This document shows, one piece after another, positions 28,331-35,517 of a stretch of 64,000 bases of DNA (its first letter is position 1; every line of letters starts with the position of its first letter). The notes beneath the pieces were generated by a model. That model saw only the letters and a list, made by a program, of their open reading frames with translations. It was not told the DNA's origin and ran no database searches. The stretch is from NCBI GenBank assembly GCA_050331335.1, contig JBHJGY010000050.1, positions 1,521 through 65,520 of the forward strand, given 5' to 3'. This DNA comes from Pikeienuella sp. (GTDB lineage: Bacteria; Pseudomonadota; Alphaproteobacteria; Rhodobacterales; Rhodobacteraceae). Made by a program: the position numbers and the translations under genes.

Positions 28331-28754
28331 GGAGGGTCCTCCCTATGGACTGATGCTGGCCCGGTGGTCCGGGTCCGATGTTTACCGTGGCGATCCTGCC
28401 CAAAACCTCGCCACTGTCAAAGGTCGATTGTCGGGCGCAGGCCCGTGGACATTTCCAGCACTCGAGCGGTACGAGGCGCAGCGCGCGCGCGTCCGGTCCG
28501 ACATCCGCCGGGTGCTCGCGGAGGTTGAGATGGGGGCGGGTAACATCTTGCGGCTGATGCGCCGGGTCCGGGAGGCTTGCTCTGACGCGGGCCGAGCGGG
28601 GGCCGATGAGCGGTCACGCCTCGGGGGCCCTCGGGGTCCGCTGGGGGCCGACCGTGGCTGGCGCCCGTTGCCCAGAGCTCTTGGCCCGGACCCTCAGCCC
28701 TGCATGACCGGCCCAGATCGAGGCGATCGCCGCCGCCCGAAACTCGCTGGCGGC

Positions 28755-29426
28755 TCACATCACCTCGGTCTTGCGGTCGTCGGTCTCGCCATAGCGGTGG
28801 AGCGCCGGCGGCTTCAGCCCGTCATAGAGCGACGCGATCCGCTGGTTCACGATTTCTCCCTGCTGGGCGAAGAGCGAGGCGCCCGTCAGGTCGCTGTCGC
28901 AGATGAAGGGGCCGAAATTCTCCACCCGGAACATCCACATCGCCTGTGCGAGGCCCAGCTCGTCGAGCCAATGCACCGCCTCGACCGCCTTGACCCCGCG
29001 CCCGAGGAGCGCGCCCGTGCCGTAGCCGACGGTGGTGAGATAGACCGCGCCCCGGGGAGCGAGGATCTGCTCATAGTCCTCGCGCGGCATGCCGCCTTTG
29101 CCGATGACGATCTTGGTGCCGGTCTTGTCGAGCCAGTCGGCCATCCATTTGGAGAAGCGGAAGGAGGCGGTGGCGGTAACCCCGCCGATGCGGAACTCTC
29201 CGCTCGCGTCGCGGGCGGCGGCCGGCGAGCAGTGGAAATTCACGTTGGAGACGGCGGCCATGTCCGGCAGCGGCAGCGCGGCGCCCTCCTCGATGACCTT
29301 CTGATAGACCTTCTCGCGCGCCGTGTAGACGATCCCGTCCAGGAACACGACGTTGCCAGGCGCGAGCTTCGCGATGTCCTCCGGGCTCGCGGGCAGAGAA
29401 ATCCGGTGTTGTTTCAGGCTGCTCAT
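28755..29426 (-). CDS. Class I Fe-S hydro-lyase beta subunit (fumarase C-terminal / TtdB-like)
   Basis: L..G..V.L.G.VYTAR, IVIGKGG, AVYL, WL.ELG...A.W...VE.FGP.I...D..G.SL. Confidence 0.88.
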   Translation of the reverse strand: MSSLKQHRISLPASPEDIAKLAPGNVVFLDGIVYTAREKVYQKVIEEGAALPLPDMAAVSNVNFHCSPAAARDASGEFRIGGVTATASFRFSKWMADWLDKTGTKIVIGKGGMPREDYEQILAPRGAVYLTTVGYGTGALLGRGVKAVEAVHWLDELGLAQAMWMFRVENFGPFICDSDLTGASLFAQQGEIVNQRIASLYDGLKPPALHRYGETDDRKTEVM

Positions 29427-29824
29427 CTGTCGGTCTCCTGATCGAGAAGCTCCACCCAGTCGGCTGGGCGTTTGAGGCAGTCCCCCTCGGTGACGAAGAG
29501 TGTCAGCCCGTCACCCTTGGAGAACGGCGCGCGCGGCTCGATCCTGACCGCGACACCGGCGAACGGCCCCGTGCCCGGCGCACTGCGCTGCGGGGTCGTC
29601 TCGTCGAAGGCGATCGTCGCGAAGCCCGCGCGCTCCGCCGCTCGCGCCACCGTCTGCGCCGTCGGGCAACTCTCGGCGAAATAGGCGTTGTGGAAGGCCA
29701 ACTGGCCGCGCAGCGCTTTGAGCACGCCCTCGGCATCTGCCGCCCGGAGCGTGGTCGAGAGCAGCGCGATGCCGGCCATCAGGAGCGCGAGAAACAGAAC
29801 GACGATCAGGATCCATTTGACCAC
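29423..29824 (-). CDS. Hypothetical protein with N-terminal membrane anchor or signal peptide and two Cys
   Basis: GTG start 10 bp after the alpha-subunit stop; KWILIVVLFLALLMAGIALL hydrophobic segment; stop overlaps beta-subunit ATG (ATGA). Confidence 0.7.
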   Translation of the reverse strand: MVKWILIVVLFLALLMAGIALLSTTLRAADAEGVLKALRGQLAFHNAYFAESCPTAQTVARAAERAGFATIAFDETTPQRSAPGTGPFAGVAVRIEPRAPFSKGDGLTLFVTEGDCLKRPADWVELLDQETDR

Positions 29825-29834
29825 GGCGGGGATC

Positions 29835-30791
29835 TCACTCGGCGGCGAGCGCGGACGGGTCGAAGGCAACCCCCTCGCGGCGCATATAGGGGGTGAACCA
29901 GCGCGGGTCGGTGCGGTACTCGACGCGGCCATCGGCGTGGATGCGGGCGGTGGCGCGGCGGGAGGAGAGGCAGAAGGTGTGCACCGAGATCGGCATGCCG
30001 CCCGTATGGGTGTAGCCGCATTCGATGTGCAGATCGACGACCATCGACTTGCCGACAAAGCCCATGGCGCCCATGCCGATGTCGTTGCCGAGCGCCATCA
30101 GTTCGAGCTCCAGCGCGGCCACCTTCGGGTCGGGGTTGCGGTCGCCCACCGTGCGCAGGCACGCCGCCTGCTTGCCGAGGACCATGCAGATGTCCTTCGA
30201 GCCGCCGATGCCGACGCCGACGATCGCCGGCTGGCAGGCGAGCCCGCGCTTGCCGAAGGCGATGAGCGTGTCGAGCAGGAACCGCTTGATCCCGTCGATC
30301 CCGTCGCCGGGGAAGAGCATCCGGTAGTCGGTGCCGAAGAGGCCGCCCTTATGGACGGTGGTGATGTCGATCCAGTCGGCGTCGGGCTCGAAGGACCACT
30401 CCACCTCCGGCGCATTCAACCCGACATTGTTGTTGTGGTCGGTGCGCCAGAGCGGGTGCACGCGGTTGGGGCGCAGCGGCACCTCGTGGGTCGCCCGGGC
30501 GGTCGCCTGACGCAGCGCGCGTTCGAGTGCAATGGGCCCACCCTCGATGCGCGCCTCGTTGCCCATCTTGACATAATAACGTGGCAGGCCGGTATCGGCG
30601 CACATCGGCCGGCGGTCCTCTGTCGCGGCCTCGTAGTTGTCGACCATCGCCTTGAGCACGAAGGAGGAGAGATCGCCGGTTTCCAAGTCGATCATCCCCT
30701 TGATGCCGGTGAGATAATCCTCGGGGATGTCGATGGCGGCCTTGGCCATGATGTCGAAGGCGGCGGCCTCCAGGGTGGTCTCGTCGATCAT
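29835..30791 (-). CDS. Class I Fe-S hydro-lyase alpha subunit (fumarase N-terminal / TtdA-like)
   Basis: RPMCADTG, PLRPN.VHP, KGG, ACQP.IVGVGIGG, G.GAMGF.G, H..G.P.SV...C..SRR (three cluster Cys). Confidence 0.88.
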   Translation of the reverse strand: MIDETTLEAAAFDIMAKAAIDIPEDYLTGIKGMIDLETGDLSSFVLKAMVDNYEAATEDRRPMCADTGLPRYYVKMGNEARIEGGPIALERALRQATARATHEVPLRPNRVHPLWRTDHNNNVGLNAPEVEWSFEPDADWIDITTVHKGGLFGTDYRMLFPGDGIDGIKRFLLDTLIAFGKRGLACQPAIVGVGIGGSKDICMVLGKQAACLRTVGDRNPDPKVAALELELMALGNDIGMGAMGFVGKSMVVDLHIECGYTHTGGMPISVHTFCLSSRRATARIHADGRVEYRTDPRWFTPYMRREGVAFDPSALAAE

Positions 30792-30796
30792 GGGGA

Positions 30797-32542
30797 TCAC
30801 TCCGCGGCGATGGGGGGCTTGGCGGTGCCGTCCAGCAGCGAGGTGCCGGGGCGGACGATGGAGAAGTCGACGGGGACCATGTCGAGCGCGAGCCCGTCGC
30901 CAGCTGCGCGTAGCCGGGTGAAGCGGGTTTCGGCAAGGTCGCCGGTCTCTGGAAAGTCCTCGCGGAAATGGGCGCCACGGCTGTCCTCGCGGGCGAGCGC
31001 CGCCCGGGCAACGGCCTCCGAGACGGCGACCAGGCTCTCGAGATTGAGCGCATCCCCCCAGGTGAGGTTGAACGCGCGGTTGCGGTCGGCGACCCCTGTC
31101 TCGGCGAGCTCGGCCCGGATCTCCGACAGCCGGTCGAGCCCGCGACGCAAGCCCGCCTCGGTGCGCAAGACGCCGACATCCTCCCACATCGCCTCGGACA
31201 GCCGCTCCCGCAGGCCGTGGAGATCGCCGGCCGGCCGGGAAAACGGCATCTCGGCGCGCGCGATCCCGGCGTCGATCGCCCCAGGGTCCTCCGGGCGCAG
31301 GCCAGCGCCCGCAGCGATCGCCGCCGCCATCCGGTCGCCCGCAATCCCGCCGAAGACCGTCGAGTTCGCGACCCCGTTGCCGCCCAGCCGGTTGGCGCCA
31401 TGCACGCCGCCTGCATCCTCCCCGGCTACGAAGAGGCCCGGGAGCGCGGTTGCGGTGTCGATCTCCATCTCGACACCCCCCATCATGTAATGCGCCGTCG
31501 GGACCACCTCGACGAGCCCGCCCGCAAGATCGAACCCGCAATCGGCGCAGCGCTTGACCATGCCGGGAAACTTGGCCGCCACCTGGTCCGGCCCGAGATG
31601 GCCCATGGAGATGTAGACCCCGCCCATCGGCGTCGTGCGGCCGCTACGCATCTCCGCATAGATCCCGCGCGAGACGACGTCGCGGGTGGCGCGCTCGGCG
31701 CGAGGGTCGTAGTCCTCCATGAAGCGGTGCTTGTCGCCGTTGAGGAGATGGCCGCCGGCGCCCCTCAGACCTTCCTCCAGCACGGTGCCGGTCATGCGCG
31801 TGTCCGGGCCTCCGAGGAGCCCCGTGGGGTGGAACTGGACCATTTCCATGTCTCGCAGCGCGAGGCCCGCGCGCATCGCCATAGCCAGACCGTCCGAAGA
31901 TTTATCCCCCGACGGCGTGTGGTAGAGATACATCGACGGGCCGGCGCCGGTGGCGAGCAGCACCGACTTCGCGGCGATATAGCGATAGCTCCCGCGGCGG
32001 ATGTCGAGCATCAGAACGCCGGCGATCCCAGAGCCGTCGGCGGCCGGGATCAGCTCCAGCGCCCGGTGTTCCTCCAGCGGTCGGACAGCATGGGCGCGGG
32101 CCTGCTCCATCAGCCGGTTCATGATCTCGATGCCGGTGAGGTCGGCCTTGTGTGCCGTGCGGTCGAAGGTCTGCCCGGCGAAGGCCTTCTGGTGGAGCGT
32201 GCCGTCGGGATTGCGGTCGAAGAAGCAGCCGTATTCGTTCTCGAGCTCACGGATGCGGGTCACGGCGCCGGTGACCAAGGCCCAGGCGAGATCCTGACGC
32301 GGCAGCCACTTGCCACCCTCGATGGTGTCCTGGAAATGCCGTTCGACGCTGTCGCCGGGGGAGAGCGCCACGTTGTAGCCGCCCTGGACCATCCGCGTGC
32401 ACCCCGATTTTCCGAGCAGCCCTTTGACCGCCACCACGACCTCGAGATCCGGGCTGGCCTGTTTTGCGTGGAGCGCCGCCATGAGCCCCGCGCCGCCCGC
32501 GCCAAGGATCAGGATATCGGTTTCGTGCCGGTCGATCTCCAT
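30797..32542 (-). CDS. Succinate dehydrogenase/fumarate reductase-like flavoprotein subunit (divergent)
   Basis: GAGGAG, QGGYN, MEMVQFHPT, RGAGG.L.N, RDVVSR, PTAHYMMGG, HGANRLGGN, REDSRGAHFREDFP. Confidence 0.9.
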   Translation of the reverse strand: MEIDRHETDILILGAGGAGLMAALHAKQASPDLEVVVAVKGLLGKSGCTRMVQGGYNVALSPGDSVERHFQDTIEGGKWLPRQDLAWALVTGAVTRIRELENEYGCFFDRNPDGTLHQKAFAGQTFDRTAHKADLTGIEIMNRLMEQARAHAVRPLEEHRALELIPAADGSGIAGVLMLDIRRGSYRYIAAKSVLLATGAGPSMYLYHTPSGDKSSDGLAMAMRAGLALRDMEMVQFHPTGLLGGPDTRMTGTVLEEGLRGAGGHLLNGDKHRFMEDYDPRAERATRDVVSRGIYAEMRSGRTTPMGGVYISMGHLGPDQVAAKFPGMVKRCADCGFDLAGGLVEVVPTAHYMMGGVEMEIDTATALPGLFVAGEDAGGVHGANRLGGNGVANSTVFGGIAGDRMAAAIAAGAGLRPEDPGAIDAGIARAEMPFSRPAGDLHGLRERLSEAMWEDVGVLRTEAGLRRGLDRLSEIRAELAETGVADRNRAFNLTWGDALNLESLVAVSEAVARAALAREDSRGAHFREDFPETGDLAETRFTRLRAAGDGLALDMVPVDFSIVRPGTSLLDGTAKPPIAAE

Positions 32543-32554
32543 CGCCGCCTCCTG

Positions 32555-32908
32555 TCAGATCACACCGAGGATAAAAACCCCGCCCGCAAGCGCGGAAAGC
32601 CCCACACCGGCATAGACCAAGCCCGGGCGTAGAGACGGGATTGCCCCCCAGGGCAGCATCTCGAGGACAAGAAGCCGACACCCAAGGGTGAGGTGCAGCC
32701 CGAGCAGCACGACGAGCCCCCATTCTGCCACCTTGACCGACCAATGCTCGGTCCAGACGAGCATGCCGTCGAGTGCCGTTGCGCCTTCGAGGGCGAGCCC
32801 AAGTGCCAGGAAATGCACCGGCAGGAACAGCGCGAGGCCGATGCCGGAGAGCCGGTGCAGCAGGGCCGCCCAACGCGATAGCGCGGAAGAGGTGTCGTCC
32901 GTCTTCAT
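32555..32908 (-). CDS. SdhC-like cytochrome b membrane anchor
   Basis: LHRLSG..LALFL..H, later GLHL..G.R; three TM helices. Confidence 0.82.
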   Translation of the reverse strand: MKTDDTSSALSRWAALLHRLSGIGLALFLPVHFLALGLALEGATALDGMLVWTEHWSVKVAEWGLVVLLGLHLTLGCRLLVLEMLPWGAIPSLRPGLVYAGVGLSALAGGVFILGVI

Positions 32909-33246
32909 GCCACCCCCCCCGGCGCATAGACTGCCCAGACTGCCCGGAGTCCCAATGCCAGGAGCAGGGCAGCCAACACCCCCATCGCCGGGGTCGCGAG
33001 CCGCCGCGGCAGGCCGGCCCACTCGACGAGGATGTTGCGCAAGCCGATCGGCCCGTGGACCGCGGTGGCCAGAACGAACAGCCCGTAGAACAGCGCCCAG
33101 CCTTCAGATCCTGCCGTGCGCCCCAAGATCTCCTCGGCCGAAAGCCCGCCACGCACCGCATAGAGGATCAACCCCAGATGCACGAGGACGAGCGGTGCGA
33201 GAACGAGCGCCGTCAGCCGCTGGAGGACGAAGAGCCGAGCCTCCAT
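32905..33246 (-). CDS. SdhD-like membrane anchor
   Basis: LQRLTALVLAPLV..HL, VHGPIGLRNIL.EW; three TM helices; overlaps neighbours by ATGA/TGATG. Confidence 0.85.
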   Translation of the reverse strand: MEARLFVLQRLTALVLAPLVLVHLGLILYAVRGGLSAEEILGRTAGSEGWALFYGLFVLATAVHGPIGLRNILVEWAGLPRRLATPAMGVLAALLLALGLRAVWAVYAPGGVA

Positions 33247-33977
33247 CAGGCGCCTCCGAAGAGATCGAGCAGCGAGCGCCGCTTGATCCCGGCGATCGAG
33301 CGGGTCGGCGAAAGCCCGACAGGGCAGGCCGCCATGCAGGCGCCATGGGTGTGGCACGAGCCGCAGCCGCCGGTGCCCAGGGCTGTCGCCTTTACCTTTG
33401 ATCGGTTGGCGGCGCGGGGGTCGTTGAGCAGGGTCCAGGCGCGGTTGAGCGCCGCGGGGCCGAGATAGTCGGTGTCCCAAGAGACGACGTCGCAGGCCGC
33501 GTAGCAGACGGCGCAGTTGATGCACTGGATTGCCGCATCGGCCTCCCGCCGCTCCCGGCCAGAGGGATCGACGGCGGCCGGCGCGTCGTCGCGGGTCGCA
33601 GTCCCCTCGAAGCCGCCAACCTTTCCCCATTTGTCGAAGAAGGGGTCCATATCGACCACGAGATCGCGGATGCGAGGCAGGTTGCGCAGCGGCTCCACAG
33701 TGATCTCGCCGGCCTGGGCGACCTTCTGCACATGGGTTCTGCAGGTCCAGCGCGGGCGCCCGTTGACGGTCATCGCGCAGGAGCCGCAGACGCCGACCCG
33801 GCAGGCGAAGCGATAGGCCAGATCGGGAGCGTGCCGCCGCTGCACCTCCGTGACGGCGTCCAGCACGGTCTGGTTCTCCCGGGCTGGAACCTCATAGGTC
33901 TCATGAGCTCCCGCCGTGCCGTCAGGCCCGCCGCGCCAAATGCGCAAACTCAGCGTCTGTGCGTGCGCCTCGTCCAT
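33246..33977 (-). CDS. SdhB/FrdB-like iron-sulfur subunit
   Basis: CRVGVCGSC...WTC (2Fe-2S), RDLVVDM, CINCAVCYAAC (4Fe-4S), CHTHGACMAACP (3Fe-4S). Confidence 0.93.
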   Translation of the reverse strand: MDEAHAQTLSLRIWRGGPDGTAGAHETYEVPARENQTVLDAVTEVQRRHAPDLAYRFACRVGVCGSCAMTVNGRPRWTCRTHVQKVAQAGEITVEPLRNLPRIRDLVVDMDPFFDKWGKVGGFEGTATRDDAPAAVDPSGRERREADAAIQCINCAVCYAACDVVSWDTDYLGPAALNRAWTLLNDPRAANRSKVKATALGTGGCGSCHTHGACMAACPVGLSPTRSIAGIKRRSLLDLFGGA

Positions 33978-34085
33978 GCCCCTGCGCCTCCCCAACTGCG
34001 CCCTGTGATCGCGCTCACAGGCGGACCGTTTCGTTAGCCGGCAGCATATCGCAGTTGAATTCTTTCTCAACAAGAAAAAGAGATA

Positions 34086-34100
34086 TTGAGCTGACCTCAA
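34086..34100. promoter_or_regulatory. Putative LysR operator upstream of the SDH-like operon
   Basis: TTGAG-CTGAC-CTCAA palindrome containing T-N11-A in an AT-rich patch; a second GTTGA-N8-TCAAC dyad lies about 20-30 bp closer to the gene. Confidence 0.55.
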
Positions 34101-34112
34101 GTTGAGTTAATA

Positions 34113-34745
34113 TCAGGGATCAGCATCCAACGCGTCGATGATCAGCTTGACGAGGCGCAGCCCGTGTTGGGGGCTGTCGAAAAGGGCGGCCGCCGGGGTT
34201 TCGCCGGTGTACAACGTGAGCTGCGTGGTGTCGGGCGCGAACATATGCTGCTCGACCGCGACCTTCATCGCGTCGTCATCGTCGCACACCACGAAGATCA
34301 CGCGCTGGGTGATGCGGCCGACCGGCCCCGATACCCGCTCGGGTCCGACCAAAATCAGCACATCGAGATTGCCCACCAAACCGGTGAGAACCGCCTCGGC
34401 CGCGGCCTCGGCGCCGCGACCGATCCCGAGCACCGAAACCGCCCGGGCTCCGGCACCGCGCAGATGTGCCACGCCCCCGGCCACCATGCGGGAGATCGTT
34501 TCAACCGAGCGCTCCAGCGCAGCGCCTGCTTCGGTGCCCATGGGCTCCGGGCGCGGCTCGAGAACGGTCAGCCCATGGCCGATAAGCTGCGCAAGCTTCG
34601 ACCGCCAGGGTCGCATCGGCAGGCCGGACATCCCGTCCACCAGCAGGAGCCCATGCCTTCCGCCGCGCCAAAGCGCGGAGGTCACCGGGCGAGCGTCGTC
34701 CTCGGTCTTGAAGCTCAGGATCTCGGTCGGCGGGGGTGTCTGCAT
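34113..34745 (-). CDS. Alpha/beta-hydrolase-fold hypothetical protein
   Basis: FKTEDD...V...LW..G..GLLLV.G, L...G.TVL, VSVLGIGRGA elbow-like motif, IFVVCDDD; ATG 34745. Confidence 0.6.
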   Translation of the reverse strand: MQTPPPTEILSFKTEDDARPVTSALWRGGRHGLLLVDGMSGLPMRPWRSKLAQLIGHGLTVLEPRPEPMGTEAGAALERSVETISRMVAGGVAHLRGAGARAVSVLGIGRGAEAAAEAVLTGLVGNLDVLILVGPERVSGPVGRITQRVIFVVCDDDDAMKVAVEQHMFAPDTTQLTLYTGETPAAALFDSPQHGLRLVKLIIDALDADP

Positions 34746-34816
34746 GGCCTCGGCAGGGCGGCTCACGGGTGTGTCGGTGTTTGGGGATCCGCCAAGCGCC
34801 GGACAAGCGCGTCGGC

Positions 34817-35506
34817 TCAGCTCTCGAACTGGCGCAACAGCGCGGCGGCCTTGTTGGCCAAGTGGCGGCGCAGCAGCCCGGACAGGCGGGCGCCGTCGCG
34901 GGCAGCGAGGGCGGCGTGGATCTGGGCGTGTTCCTCCACCGCTTCGGCCCAGCGTTGCGGCGCCAGATTGGCAAGACGTCGCGCACGGCGCAACTTGACG
35001 TCGAGGCCCGCAATGCTGAGGGCCAGGGTCGCGTTCCCCGCCGCTTGCCGCAAAAGGGCGTGGATCTCCGCATTGGTCTGGGCGTAACCGGCGAGATCGC
35101 CCGAGCGGTGCTGGTCGGCGAGCCGCTCTTGCAGTTGCGCCGATTGGTCGATCTCGGCGGCCGTCGCCCGCGCCGCGGCAAGCTCGCCGGCAAGCGCTTC
35201 GAGCGCGCCGATGACCGGAAACGTCTCCTCCAGCTCGGTCAGGGTCAGCGGGCTGACCACGGCGCCACGCCCAGGGCGCTGGAGCACGAGCCCCTCCGCC
35301 GCGAGCATGTTGAGCGCTTCTCTGAGCGGGGTTCGAGAGACCCCGAAGCGGTCGCAAAGCGCCTGCTCCGAAAGCTTCGTCCCGGGCGCCAGCGTACCGT
35401 CCACGATCTGCGTGCGGAGCCGTTCGGCAAGCTCTTGGGCCAGTGGGCGCCGAGCGATCCTCTGATCGGGGCTCTGGAGCTGCGGGGTGAAAAGGGCTGA
35501 GTTCAT
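34817..35506 (-). CDS. GntR family regulator (FCD domain)
   Basis: LR..IVDG.L.PG.KLSE..LC.RFGVSRTPLREAL; N..IH and EH..I..AL..RD. Confidence 0.93.
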   Translation of the reverse strand: MNSALFTPQLQSPDQRIARRPLAQELAERLRTQIVDGTLAPGTKLSEQALCDRFGVSRTPLREALNMLAAEGLVLQRPGRGAVVSPLTLTELEETFPVIGALEALAGELAAARATAAEIDQSAQLQERLADQHRSGDLAGYAQTNAEIHALLRQAAGNATLALSIAGLDVKLRRARRLANLAPQRWAEAVEEHAQIHAALAARDGARLSGLLRRHLANKAAALLRQFES

Positions 35507-35517
35507 CCGGGGGATCC

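Noticed and set aside
30797-32542. Calling the flavoprotein nadB or housekeeping sdhA
   Set aside because: It has Fe-S and membrane-anchor partners (unlike NadB) but lacks the SHT flavinylation His and the sdhCDAB order
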